Origin: an uncultured Phycisphaerales bacterium | Lineage (GTDB): Bacteria > Planctomycetota > Phycisphaerae > Tepidisphaerales > Tepidisphaeraceae | Assembly: GCA_963844715.1 (NCBI GenBank) | Contig: CAWJPJ010000001.1 | Coordinates: 64,001-128,000, forward strand | Direction of reading: 5' to 3' | DNA length: 64,000 bases | Made by a program: the position numbers and the translations under genes | Notes under the pieces: model-generated | The model's input: only the letters and a program-made list of their open reading frames with translations | The model's database searches: none | What the model was told of the DNA's origin: nothing | Part shown: piece after piece, positions 28,113 to 37,318 of the stretch | Numbering within the stretch: position 1 is the stretch's first letter | Layout: each line of letters begins with the position of its first letter

Positions 28113-28183
28113 TACCCGGTAGTGTAACGGTAGCACAAGAGATTTTGGTTCTCTTTGTCCTGGTTCGAATCCAGGCCGGGTAG
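28113..28183 (+). tRNA. tRNA-Gln (anticodon TTG), CCA not encoded
   Basis: Acceptor TACCCGG/CCGGGTA (U1-A72), D arm GTGT..GCAC, anticodon arm AGAGA-TTTTGGT-TCTCT, T arm GGTTCGAATCC. Confidence 0.97.
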
Positions 28184-28213
28184 CATTATCCTTTTGCGGA
28201 AAATCGGAATCGG

Positions 28214-29164
28214 ATGTCGCTGACCGCCATCATTCTTGCCGCCGGAAAATCGACGCGGATGAAATCCAAGCGCCCCAAGCCGCTCCACGAAATCTGCGGG
28301 AAGCCCATGCTCGGCTGGATTCTCGACGCCTGCTACGACGCCGAAGTCACGCACGTGCTCCTGGTCGTCGGCCACGGCAAGGATGAAATTATCGCCGCCT
28401 TCGGAAACGACAAGCGCATCGAATTTGTCGAGCAAACCGAGCAGCTGGGCACCGGGCACGCCGCCAAAATGTGCGCGGCCCAACTCAAGCAGCACGCGGG
28501 CGACATCCTCATCCTCGCCGGAGACGTCCCGCTGATTACCGGGCAGGTTCTGAAAACCCTCCGCCAAGCGCACAAGGACGAGCGGGCCGCCGCCTCGATG
28601 GCGACCGCCATGCTCGACGACCCCACCGGCTACGGCCGCGTCGTCCGCGGCGACGACGGGCAGTTCATGGAAATCGTCGAGCAGATCGACTGCACCCCCA
28701 AACAACGCGAAATTCGCGAGGTTTTCCCCTCCCTTTATTGCATCAAAACCGACGACCTGTTGCTGGCGATGTCAAAATTGAAAAATGAGAACAAAAAAGG
28801 GGAGTATTACCTCACGGATATCTATGCGATTCTGCGCAAGGCCGGCAAAAAGGTCGTGGCCGTGCAGGCTGCGACGGCGGAGGACATTCTCGCCCCCAAC
28901 ACCCGCCAGCAACTCGCCGAGGCCGACGCCGTAATGCAGGACCGCATCCAGAGAAAAATTCGCGAGAACGGAGCGACGATCGTCAGCGGATTCAATACGT
29001 ATATCGAGGCGAACGTCTCGGTCGGAGCCGACACGCTCATCTCCCCGTTCTCTTTCATCGGGAGGGACAGTTCGATCGGCCGCGATTGCGTGATCGGGCC
29101 TTTCGCGTCGCTCCCGCCGGGAAGCATCGTGCCGGAGGGCGCCAGGGTCGCCGGAAATATTTAG
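28214..29164 (+). CDS. glmU: GlmU-like UDP-GlcNAc pyrophosphorylase with a shortened hexapeptide domain (316 aa)
   Basis: ILAAGKSTRMKS..PKPLH, EQLGTGHA, GDVPLI, PTGYGRVVR, GEYYLTD; upstream of prs. Confidence 0.9.
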   Translation: MSLTAIILAAGKSTRMKSKRPKPLHEICGKPMLGWILDACYDAEVTHVLLVVGHGKDEIIAAFGNDKRIEFVEQTEQLGTGHAAKMCAAQLKQHAGDILILAGDVPLITGQVLKTLRQAHKDERAAASMATAMLDDPTGYGRVVRGDDGQFMEIVEQIDCTPKQREIREVFPSLYCIKTDDLLLAMSKLKNENKKGEYYLTDIYAILRKAGKKVVAVQAATAEDILAPNTRQQLAEADAVMQDRIQRKIRENGATIVSGFNTYIEANVSVGADTLISPFSFIGRDSSIGRDCVIGPFASLPPGSIVPEGARVAGNI

Positions 29165-29185
29165 CGGAGCAGAGCAAAGAAGTTT

Positions 29186-30160
29186 ATGGCCAATCTGGAC
29201 GCCAAAAATCTCAAGGTTTTCACCGGCCGCGCCAATCCGCACCTGGCCCAGAAAATCTGTCAGTACCTCAAGATCGAGCAAGGCAACGGGCGGACCGAAC
29301 TCTTCCCCGACGGCGAGCTGATCGTGACGGTCGACGAGGACGTTCGCGGCCGCGATTGCTTCGTCATCCAGCCGACCTGCCATCCCGTCAACGCGCATCT
29401 GATGGAACTCTTCGTCTGGATCGACACCCTCCGCCGCGCCAGCGCCCAGCGCGTGACGGCGGTCATTCCCTATTTCGGCTACGCCCGCCAGGACCAGAAA
29501 CACGCCGGCCGCACCCCGATCACCGCCAAACTCGTGGCAAACCTGCTCGAGCGCAGCGGCGCCGATCGGGTCGTGACGGTCGATCTCCACGCCGGACAGG
29601 TGCAGGGCTTTTTCGACATTCCGGTGGACCATCTCTCCGCCGCGCCGATTTTCGCGCGCTGGTTCCGCTCGCTGAATTTGAGCAATCACATCTTCGTCTC
29701 GCCCGATGTGGGCAACGTCAAGCGCACCCAGGCCTACGCCGAACTGGTCGGCGGCGAACTCTGCTTCATCGACAAACGCCGCCGCAGCGGGACGACCACC
29801 GAAGCCAAGCACGTCATCGGCGATGTCCAGGGAAAAAACGTTTTGATCGTCGACGACATGATCACCACGGCCGGCACCATCGCCGGGGCGTGCAGCATTC
29901 TTCGCGACAACGGCGCCAAGGACATCTTCATCGCCGCCACCCACGCGGTTTTCGCCCCGCCGGCGATGGAGCGGCTGACCCAGTGCGATTTCGCGAAACT
30001 CGCCGTCACCGACTCGATTCCCATCGGCACCCGCGCCGAACCGATCAAGAATCGGCTGGTGGTCCTCAGCGTCGCCGATTTTCTGGGGGAAGCGATTCAT
30101 CGTATTCACCACAACGAAAGCGTCAGCGCGTTGTTTAACAAACACGCCAATGGAGCTTGA
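29186..30160 (+). CDS. prs: Ribose-phosphate pyrophosphokinase
   Basis: FPDGE, VIPYFGYARQD, DLHAGQVQGFF, VSPDVG, IVDDMITTAGT. Confidence 0.98.
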   Translation: MANLDAKNLKVFTGRANPHLAQKICQYLKIEQGNGRTELFPDGELIVTVDEDVRGRDCFVIQPTCHPVNAHLMELFVWIDTLRRASAQRVTAVIPYFGYARQDQKHAGRTPITAKLVANLLERSGADRVVTVDLHAGQVQGFFDIPVDHLSAAPIFARWFRSLNLSNHIFVSPDVGNVKRTQAYAELVGGELCFIDKRRRSGTTTEAKHVIGDVQGKNVLIVDDMITTAGTIAGACSILRDNGAKDIFIAATHAVFAPPAMERLTQCDFAKLAVTDSIPIGTRAEPIKNRLVVLSVADFLGEAIHRIHHNESVSALFNKHANGA

Positions 30161-30177
30161 AGACAGGAGAACGAACC

Positions 30178-30879
30178 ATGGCCGTACAATCCGCACAAGT
30201 CGCCGCCAAGAGCCGCACCGAGCTGGGAAGCCGCGCCAATCGCCGGCTGCGCCTCGCCGGCTTTCTGCCCGGCGTCATCTACGGGCACAAGGAGGCGATC
30301 GTCCCCGTCTCCCTTCCCAAGAAGGAAGTCGTCACATTTCTCAATAAAGGCGCGCACCTCTTCGATCTGAACTTCGAGGGCAAGAGCGAGAAAGTGCTCA
30401 TCAAGGAAGTGCAGTACGATCACCTGGGGATCGAAGTGATCCATGTCGATTTCGCGCGGGTGAGCCTCGACGAAAAAGTGAAGGTCACCGTCCCCGTCGA
30501 ACTCAAGGGCACCCCCGCCGGTGAAGCCGACGGCGGCGTGCTCCAGCAGATTCTCAGCGCTTTGAACATCGAATGCCTCGTCACCGAGATTCCCGACGCC
30601 ATCCGGCACAATGTCTCGGAAATGAAACTCAACGACGTGCTGCACATCAAGGAACTGAAACTCCCCGCCGGCGTGAAGTCGATGCAGGACGGCGATCTGA
30701 TCGTGGCGACCGTGAAGGAAGTTCTGGAAGTGGTCGAGGCCGCGCCGCCGGCGGAAGGCGCCGCCGCCGAACCGGAACTCATCGGCCGCAAGCCCGCCGA
30801 GGGCGAGGAAGAAGGCGCCGCGGGCGCCCCCGCCGCCGGCGATGCGAAGGACAAAGACAAGGACAAGGAAAAGAAGTAA
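30178..30879 (+). CDS. rplY: 50S ribosomal protein L25/Ctc (long form)
   Basis: RRLRLAGFLPGVIYG, LIKEVQYD, IHVDF, AEPELIGRK. Confidence 0.96.
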   Translation: MAVQSAQVAAKSRTELGSRANRRLRLAGFLPGVIYGHKEAIVPVSLPKKEVVTFLNKGAHLFDLNFEGKSEKVLIKEVQYDHLGIEVIHVDFARVSLDEKVKVTVPVELKGTPAGEADGGVLQQILSALNIECLVTEIPDAIRHNVSEMKLNDVLHIKELKLPAGVKSMQDGDLIVATVKEVLEVVEAAPPAEGAAAEPELIGRKPAEGEEEGAAGAPAAGDAKDKDKDKEKK

Positions 30880-30882
30880 CGC

Positions 30883-31500
30883 ATGCGTCTGGTCGTCGGT
30901 CTGGGAAATCCCGGGAAAGAGTTCGTGGGAACCCGGCACAACGTCGGCTGGGAAATTCTGGAGGAACTGGCGTATCGAGCCGGCTGGGTCGCAAAACCCG
31001 CCGACTTCGACGCCGCGGCGAAAAAAAAATTCGACGGCCTCGTCCTGGATGGAACCGTGTCCCTCCATTCCGGACCGGCCGAAAAGATCGTGCTGCTGAA
31101 GCCCATGACGTATATGAATCTCAGCGGCAGGGCCGTGTCGGCGGCGGCGGGATTCTTCCAGATCCCGCCCCAGGATCTGATCGTCCTGCTCGACGATATC
31201 GCCCTGCCGGCGGGAAAAATCCGAATTCGTGCCGGCGGGAGCAGCGGCGGGCACAACGGTCTGAAGGACATCGAGCGGGCGATCGGTACCGATCAATACC
31301 CGCGGCTGAGGCTCGGCATCGACGCCCCGCCTCCGTATATCCAGGGCGCCGATTATGTCCTGGGAAAATTTACCGAGGAGCAGCGCCGCCTGGTCGATCC
31401 GGCGGTGCAACGGGCGGCAAAGGCCGTCCTCGCCTGGGTCGAAAAAGGTCTCCAGGCCGCGATGAACGAATTTAACGCAGAGGAATCGTCCAATGGCTAA
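30883..31500 (+). CDS. pth: Peptidyl-tRNA hydrolase
   Basis: VGLGNPG, TRHNVG, KPMTYMNLSG, GGHNGLK. Confidence 0.98.
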   Translation: MRLVVGLGNPGKEFVGTRHNVGWEILEELAYRAGWVAKPADFDAAAKKKFDGLVLDGTVSLHSGPAEKIVLLKPMTYMNLSGRAVSAAAGFFQIPPQDLIVLLDDIALPAGKIRIRAGGSSGGHNGLKDIERAIGTDQYPRLRLGIDAPPPYIQGADYVLGKFTEEQRRLVDPAVQRAAKAVLAWVEKGLQAAMNEFNAEESSNG

Positions 31501-31956
31501 GGCAAAAAAACCGGTCGTCCCCGTCAATCAATACGAGGCGATGTTCCTTCTGGGCTCCGCTTTCGCAACGGACCTGGACGGCGCGCTGAAAATCGTCCGC
31601 GGCATCGTCGAACGCCACGAATGCGAAGTCCTCGTCCTCAAAAAATGGGACGAGCGCAAACTGGCGTACGAAATCGGCGGGCAAAAACGCGGACTCTTTA
31701 TCCTTTGTTATTACAAAGGCCCCGGCGCTTCCGTTTCGGCGATCGAGCGCGACGTGAATCTGAGCGATCAGATCATTCGCGTCCTCATCACCAAGGCGGA
31801 TCATCTGAACGCCGAGGAGATGGCCGCCGTCGAACCCCAGCCGATCATCCCGCGCGAGGACGCCCCTCGTGGGACCGCCCCTACGAGGATCGCCCGCCGA
31901 TGCGCGGCCGGCCCCCGCGCCAGGAGGATTCCGAACCCGCCGCGAGCAGGGAATAA
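31493..31956 (+). CDS. rpsF: 30S ribosomal protein S6; apparent frameshift in the C-terminal tail near ~31870
   Basis: NQYEAMFLL, WDERKLAYEI, ERDVNLSDQIIRVLI; upstream of ssb. Confidence 0.95.
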
Positions 31957-31980
31957 CACCGCCTTTACCCAAGGTGCAAC

Positions 31981-32490
31981 ATGGCCAGCATTAATAAAGT
32001 CATCCTCATCGGAAACCTTACCCGCGACCCCCAGCTCAAGTATCTGCCCAGCCAGACTGCCGTCGCGGAGTTCGGCTTGGCAATGAACCGGAAATTCCGA
32101 ACCGCCACCGGCGAGGACCGCGAGGAAGTCTGCTTCGTCGATTGCTCCGCCTTCGGACGCACCGGCGAGGTCATTAATCAATATTGCCGCAAGGGAAAAC
32201 AGATTTATATCGAAGGCCGCCTCAAGCTGGACCAATGGGAAGACAAACAAGGCGGCGGCAAGCGCAGCAAGCTCTCCGTCGTCGTCGAGAATTTCCAGTT
32301 CCTCGGTGCACCCGGCGGCGCAGGAGCAGGCGGCGGTGGAAATCAGGACGCCCCCGCCCCCGACGAAGAACAGCGCCCCCCCGCCCGTCAGGCAAACCAG
32401 GGCCGCCCCGCCCAGGCAACCAAACCCGCCCCCCAGGAACCCCCGATCGGCGAAGAACAACACTTCGGCGAAACCGACATCCCATTTTGA
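31981..32490 (+). CDS. ssb: Single-stranded DNA-binding protein
   Basis: INKVILIGNLTRDP, IEGRL, acidic C-terminus DIPF. Confidence 0.98.
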   Translation: MASINKVILIGNLTRDPQLKYLPSQTAVAEFGLAMNRKFRTATGEDREEVCFVDCSAFGRTGEVINQYCRKGKQIYIEGRLKLDQWEDKQGGGKRSKLSVVVENFQFLGAPGGAGAGGGGNQDAPAPDEEQRPPARQANQGRPAQATKPAPQEPPIGEEQHFGETDIPF

Positions 32491-32502
32491 ATGATTGATT
32501 TT

Positions 32503-32537
32503 ACTGGCAACTAGCAACTAGCAACTGGCAACTAGGA
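32503..32537 (+). repeat. Tandem heptamer repeat (ACTRGCA)x5
   Basis: actggca actagca actagca actggca actagga between ssb and rplI. Confidence 0.85.
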
Positions 32538-32551
32538 ATTAAGGATTCATC

Positions 32552-33091
32552 ATGGCAAACGTAAAACTGCTCCTCAGCGAAAGCATCAAGCACGTCGGAA
32601 AAGTTGGCGACGTCGTCGAAGTCTCCGCCGGTTATGCGCGGAATTATCTTTTGCCCAAGGGCCTGGCTGTCGAGCCCACCGCGTCCAATATGAAGCGCGT
32701 CGAGGAGCGCCGCAAGGAGATCGAAAAGCTCGAAACCGACCGGCGGCAGAAACAGGCGGATCTGATCAAGCAGCTCGAAGGCGTCGAAGTCACCCTCGAG
32801 CGCAAGGCCAACGAGCAGGGACATCTTTTCGGTTCGGTCAGCGCCACCGACATCGCCAAAGCACTGCAAGCTCAGGGTTTTGCCGTGAATCCCGACGACG
32901 TGAATTTGCCCGGCAAGCTCGACCGCATCGAGAAATACGCCGTGAAGATCGCCTTCGGCGCGGATTTGGAGATCGACATAAAGGTCTGGGTCGCCCCCGA
33001 TTCCGAAAGCAAGCAGCTCATCGACGCCGCCTCCAAGGCCAAAGCCGCCGAGCCCCCGCCGCCGAGCAATTTCGAGAATATCAAGAAGTGA
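32552..33091 (+). CDS. rplI: 50S ribosomal protein L9
   Basis: GKVGDVVEVSAGYARNYLLPKG, GHLFGSV. Confidence 0.98.
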   Translation: MANVKLLLSESIKHVGKVGDVVEVSAGYARNYLLPKGLAVEPTASNMKRVEERRKEIEKLETDRRQKQADLIKQLEGVEVTLERKANEQGHLFGSVSATDIAKALQAQGFAVNPDDVNLPGKLDRIEKYAVKIAFGADLEIDIKVWVAPDSESKQLIDAASKAKAAEPPPPSNFENIKK

Positions 33092-33096
33092 ATCGC

Positions 33097-33178
33097 ATTA
33101 TCCCCCTCTCTGCGTACTCAGGGAGAGGGCATTATCCCCCTCTCCCTGTACCCAGGGAGAGGGCAGGGGTGAGGGTTC
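33097..33178 (+). repeat. Two tandem GC-rich palindromic REP-like units between convergent rplI and argH
   Basis: 34-bp unit ATTATCCCCCTCTC..GTAC.CAGGGAGAGGGC at 33097-33130 and 33131-33164; the second is extended by AGGGGTGAGGGTTC; each forms a CCCTCTC/GAGAGGG hairpin. Confidence 0.85.
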
Positions 33179-34621
33179 TTATTTGATGGTCGCAAACCGT
33201 TTCTTCCAGGAAGCTAATTGCTCCTCGAACGGCTTCCCACCCCCCGCGCCGGCGCTCTGATACCGCTTCACCACGTTCATCGCCCCCAGCGCCTCGAAGA
33301 TCTCGCCCCCAAATCCAACGGATGGCCCGCCCTGAGCGAAGTCGATGGGCCATCCGTCGGCTTTTAGCGCGCCCTGAAAATCCTCCAGCTTAAGTTGCCC
33401 AAGCGCCGTCTTTCCCTCCTTCTCGCACTGCAACACCAGCGACCCCACCACATGATGCGCCGTCCGAAACGGCACGCCCTTGGTCACGAAAAATTCCGCC
33501 AGACTCGTCGCGTCCAAAAACCCGCGCTCCAGCGTCGGCTCGATATTTTCCTTGATGAACGACGCGCTGCTCACGATCGCCGTCGCCATGGCCAGCGAAT
33601 TGCCGACCATATCGAACGCCCGGAACACGATCCGCTTGTCCTCCTGCAAATCCCGGTTGTACCCGATCGGCAATCCCTTCAGGATCGTCATCATCGCAAA
33701 CAAATCCCCATACACATTCCCGCACCGCCCCCGGATCAATTCCAGCATGTCCGGATTTTTCTTCTGCGGCATCATCGAGCTGCTGGTCGTGTATTTGTCG
33801 GCAATTTTCAAAAACGAAAACTCCGTCGACATGTAAATGATCCACTGTTCCGCCCAGCGCGAAAGATGCATCGAGATCATCGCCAGCACGAAGATGAAAT
33901 GAGCCGCCATGTCGCGCGACGCCGTGCGCTCGATCCCATTGCTCGGCGGCGCCTGGAATTCCAGCCGCTTTGCGGTATCCGCCGGATCCAGCGGCAGCGA
34001 CGTTCCCGCGATCGCCCCGCTTCCCAGCGGCGATTGCCGTCCCGCGATCAGAAACGACTGCGTCATCAAAATGCTGTCCGACTCGAACATCTCCGTCCAC
34101 GCCAGCGCTTCCGCCCCCGCGCTGATCGGCTGCGCCCGCTGCAGATGCGTATAAGACGGCATCACGATCTCGCGCGACCGCTCCGCGAGTTTCACGAACT
34201 CCGCGCACAAAATGTGCAATCGCTTGATGATCGCCCCCACCCCTTCCTGCTTCAGCCACAGCGCCAAATCCGTCGCCACCTGGTCGTTGCGGCTTCGCCC
34301 CGTGTGCAATTTTTTTCCAGGCTCCCCGATGCGCTCGATCAGCGCCGCTTCGACGACCATGTGAATGTCTTCCAGCGATTCGTCGAATTTGAAATTCCCC
34401 GCCTCAATGTCGCGCTCGATGCTCGTCAATCCGTCGATGATCGCCTTGCACTCCGCGCCTGTGATCAGTTTCACTTTCGCCAGCATCTGCGCGTGCGCGA
34501 TGCTCCCGGCGATGTCCTGCTTAAAGATTCGCCGGTCGTAGCTGATCGATTCAACGAAGCTCTGCGCCAAGGCGTCGGTCGCCTCGGAGAGTCGCGCCTG
34601 CCAGGATTTCTCGCTTGCCAT
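33179..34621 (-). CDS. argH: Argininosuccinate lyase
   Basis: EDIHM, LHTGRSRNDQVATD, YTHLQRAQP, SSSMMPQKKNPD, YNRDLQEDK, VPFRTAH. Confidence 0.98.
   Translation of the reverse strand: MASEKSWQARLSEATDALAQSFVESISYDRRIFKQDIAGSIAHAQMLAKVKLITGAECKAIIDGLTSIERDIEAGNFKFDESLEDIHMVVEAALIERIGEPGKKLHTGRSRNDQVATDLALWLKQEGVGAIIKRLHILCAEFVKLAERSREIVMPSYTHLQRAQPISAGAEALAWTEMFESDSILMTQSFLIAGRQSPLGSGAIAGTSLPLDPADTAKRLEFQAPPSNGIERTASRDMAAHFIFVLAMISMHLSRWAEQWIIYMSTEFSFLKIADKYTTSSSMMPQKKNPDMLELIRGRCGNVYGDLFAMMTILKGLPIGYNRDLQEDKRIVFRAFDMVGNSLAMATAIVSSASFIKENIEPTLERGFLDATSLAEFFVTKGVPFRTAHHVVGSLVLQCEKEGKTALGQLKLEDFQGALKADGWPIDFAQGGPSVGFGGEIFEALGAMNVVKRYQSAGAGGGKPFEEQLASWKKRFATIK
33318..33357 (+). repeat. Palindromic REP-like element located in frame in the argH C-terminal region
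   Basis: Perfect 11-bp inverted repeat ACGGATGGCCC/GGGCCATCCGT enclosing GCCCTGAGCGAAGTCGAT; translated as ..DGWPIDFAQGGPSV.. Confidence 0.7.
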
Positions 34622-34633
34622 GGGGGGACAATT

Positions 34634-35083
34634 CTACAGACGCCGGACCATCTTGAAATGCGGCCCGGCGGTCGGAATCTCAAATTCGTCGGAAACCTTG
34701 ATCCAGCCTGCCTTTGAGTAAAACACCGCCGCCGGCGTTCTACAATTGGCCCACAGCATCTTCACGCCGCGCTCCCGCGCCAATTTCTCGATTTCGCGTA
34801 ATAACGTCTGCCCCACGCCGCGCCCGCGATACGCCGGATCGACCCCCATTCCGCGCACCTGAATCGCCGCCTCCCCTTCCCACTGGCTCGCCAGCGCCGT
34901 CGCGCATCCGATAATTTCTCCATTTTCACTCACGGCAAAGTGAACCGTCGCCGGACCATCGTCTCCCGCAAAATTCGCCGATTGGCGCGGCAATCCCGCG
35001 CGCAGTACCCTATGCCTGAGGTCGATAATCCCCTCGAGGGCCACACGATCGGCCGTCCATTTGTCAGGCAACTGCAACGACAT
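34634..35083 (-). CDS. GNAT family N-acetyltransferase (ElaA/YitI-like)
   Basis: LRHRVLR, VRGMGVDPAYRGRGVG, LWANCR..A..FYSKAGW, GPHFKM. Confidence 0.9.
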   Translation of the reverse strand: MSLQLPDKWTADRVALEGIIDLRHRVLRAGLPRQSANFAGDDGPATVHFAVSENGEIIGCATALASQWEGEAAIQVRGMGVDPAYRGRGVGQTLLREIEKLARERGVKMLWANCRTPAAVFYSKAGWIKVSDEFEIPTAGPHFKMVRRL

Positions 35084-35590
35084 GACCACATCCGCCAAAG
35101 TGAAATCTCTCTCCCAGAAATATCCTCACCACTTCGAGGTCCCCGTCCTGATTCTTCTCTGCGCCGCCTGCCTCGTCGTCGGCCTCTCGCTCCCGCTGAT
35201 GAAAGTCGAAAAAATGCTCTTCTGGAAAAATGATTATTCCGTCTTCACCGGCATCGTCAGCCTGGCCAGGGAAAACCAGTTGATCCTCGCCCTGATCGTC
35301 TTTTTCTTCTCGATGGTCTTCCCCTTCATCAAACTCGCCTCGCTTTTGGTTCTTTGGTGGCGCGCCTCAGCGAAGCCCGCCGCCAAGCCGTCTTCCACTG
35401 GCTCGGCCTGCTCGGCAAGTGGTCCATGCTCGACGTCTTTGCCGTCTCCATCCTCATCGTCCTCGTCAAGCTCGGCCCGCTGGCCCGCGTCACCCCCGAG
35501 CCGGGTCTATACTTTTTTTGCTCGGCGATCCTCGCGAGCATGCTCGTCACCATGTACGTCGAGCATCTGGCTCGCATCAAACATTTCTGA
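35082..35590 (+). CDS. Paraquat-inducible protein A (PqiA) domain membrane protein; apparent frameshift near ~35360
   Basis: FFFSMVFPFIKL, LGKWSMLDVFAVSILIVLVK, PGLYFF. Confidence 0.85.
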
Positions 35591-35593
35591 TTT

Positions 35594-36517
35594 TCAAGCC
35601 AGGGCCAGCCGATGATCCGAGCGAACCATCGCCAGGGCCGCCGCCGCCGCATTGGCGCGCACCTGCTCGACGTTCTTGCATCCCGGTATCACGCAAGACA
35701 CTGCCGGATTCGTCAGGCACCACGCCAGCGCCCACTGCGCCATAGGCACTCCCGCCGGCACCTCTTTCTCGGCGATTTCCCGCACCGTTTGTAATCGCTG
35801 ATCCACGACCCTTCGATCGCGTTCCGACCTGATGTCGTTTTCCGTAAAGGTCGCCCCCACCATGTATTTGCCGCTCAAAAACCCGCTCGCCAGGGGAACC
35901 CGAGCCAGCACCCCCAGGTCCTGCTCGATGCAGGATGGAAACGCCTTCTCCTCCGGCAAGCGATCGAGCCGATTGTAAACGCACTGAATCGTCTCGACAT
36001 GCCGTCGAGTGGACGATTCAACCTGATGCTGCATCCCCTCCGATTTACCGACGGAATTCCCCAAGTGCCGCACCTTTCCGCTCTGGAGCAGGTTCATCAA
36101 GTTCGCCGTCAATTCATCGTTATCAAATTCCGAATCCCGAACGCTGTGATATTGCAGCAAGTCGATGTAATCCGTCTGCAGCGCTTGGAGTGACGCCTCG
36201 ACTTGCGCAGCTACTTGCCCCGGCTCGCGCTCATCGCGCCGCTGCGAAAAACCCGTGTACGCATGGCCAAATTTCGTCGCCAGGATCCAATTCCGGCGAT
36301 CCCGCCGAACCGCTTGCCCAACCAGTCTTTCCGATTCGTGATCCCCATAACACTCGGCGGTATCAACCAGATTGATTCCCCCTTCTCGAGCGGCGTCGAA
36401 CATCCGATCGACCTCCGCCTGCTCGAATTTCTTTCCCCATTCCCCGCCCAACTGCCAGGTCCCCAGGCCAATGACCGATACGCGCAGTTCGCTCTTCCCC
36501 AGCCTCCGGTACTTCAT
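35594..36517 (-). CDS. Aldo/keto reductase
   Basis: YRRLGKSELRVSVIGLGTW, DTAECYG, ILATKFG, TDYIDLLQYH, PLASGFLSGK, VIPG. Confidence 0.95.
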   Translation of the reverse strand: MKYRRLGKSELRVSVIGLGTWQLGGEWGKKFEQAEVDRMFDAAREGGINLVDTAECYGDHESERLVGQAVRRDRRNWILATKFGHAYTGFSQRRDEREPGQVAAQVEASLQALQTDYIDLLQYHSVRDSEFDNDELTANLMNLLQSGKVRHLGNSVGKSEGMQHQVESSTRRHVETIQCVYNRLDRLPEEKAFPSCIEQDLGVLARVPLASGFLSGKYMVGATFTENDIRSERDRRVVDQRLQTVREIAEKEVPAGVPMAQWALAWCLTNPAVSCVIPGCKNVEQVRANAAAAALAMVRSDHRLALA

Positions 36518-36532
36518 CCCCGCGAGTGTACC

Positions 36533-36562
36533 AAAACAAAACGCCCGCCTTTTGGGCGGGCG
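36533..36562 (-). terminator. Intrinsic terminator after the cold-shock gene
   Basis: Stem CGCCCGCC/GGCGGGCG followed on the minus strand by TTTTGTTTT. Confidence 0.75.
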
Positions 36563-36595
36563 CTCTGCTTAATTTTCCGAGAGGATCATGTCGCC

Positions 36596-36841
36596 TCAGG
36601 CGGGCGCCGCGGGACTGGCGACCGACTGCGCTGCCATCATCATCCGGCGAACGCGCGTGGCCTTCATTCCTTTGGGCCCATCTTCGGCCTCATAATCAAC
36701 CGATTCCCCGTCCTGCAAAGTTCGGAATCCCTGGCCTTCGATCACGGAGTGATGAACAAAAATGTCCTTTCCGCCTTGTTCGGAGGTGATGAAACCAAAC
36801 CCCTTCTGGTCGTTAAACCACTTGACCTTGCCGGTGGCCAT
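36596..36841 (-). CDS. Cold-shock protein (CspA family)
   Basis: GKVKWFNDQKGFGFI, DIFVHHS, GFRTL. Confidence 0.96.
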   Translation of the reverse strand: MATGKVKWFNDQKGFGFITSEQGGKDIFVHHSVIEGQGFRTLQDGESVDYEAEDGPKGMKATRVRRMMMAAQSVASPAAPA

Positions 36842-37046
36842 ACAGCCACTCCTTTCGAGACGTGCAAAGACGCGGTCCGCGTCCCTTTTTTACGGCGACA
36901 CCCGAAAATGGTCCGTCGAGCCCTTCCCGAACGGATAAGCGTCCCCCGGTGCCAAGGAATTCTCCGGACGCCTTAGTCCGAAAACATACCACGTGCCCCC
37001 CAAAAACCACAAAAAAAAGTGAGGTTGTCAATCTGGAAAAGAAGAC

Positions 37047-37318
37047 TTATCCACATTTATTTGCCCGTTTCGGCCGCAAACACCCCAGTTTTCCGCTGCA
37101 TATTGCGGCTTCATTTAATAGTTTCATAGTGAAATCGAATCCAGTCCATTTGTGAGATATCTCTCTTCAGAGTCACGAGATATGGCAAACGTAGTCCCGC
37201 CGAATTATCAAGAAATGATTCACATTGGATCAGGATCGAATTGCCCCCCTTAAACCACCGATCGTTTGCTGCCTTACATTTCTCGATGCTACCAGGGGTT
37301 TTCCACGAGTTATCCACA
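37047..37318. promoter_or_regulatory. DnaA-box-like sites in an AT-rich divergent intergenic region
   Basis: Perfect TTATCCACA at 37047-37055 and 37310-37318; variant TTTTCCACG at 37299-37307. Confidence 0.45.

Noticed and set aside
28113..28183. tRNA-Gln as an integration site for the upstream low-GC lipoprotein gene
   Set aside because: I found no duplicated tRNA fragment or integrase, and the tRNA 3' side continues directly into glmU.
32490..32552. Absence of rpsR between ssb and rplI
   Set aside because: As far as I recall this arrangement is usual in Planctomycetota; rpsR is probably elsewhere in the genome.
37121..37135. parS-like palindrome GTTTCATAGTGAAAT
   Set aside because: One base longer than the GTTTCACGTGAAAC consensus with a mismatched centre; single copy.
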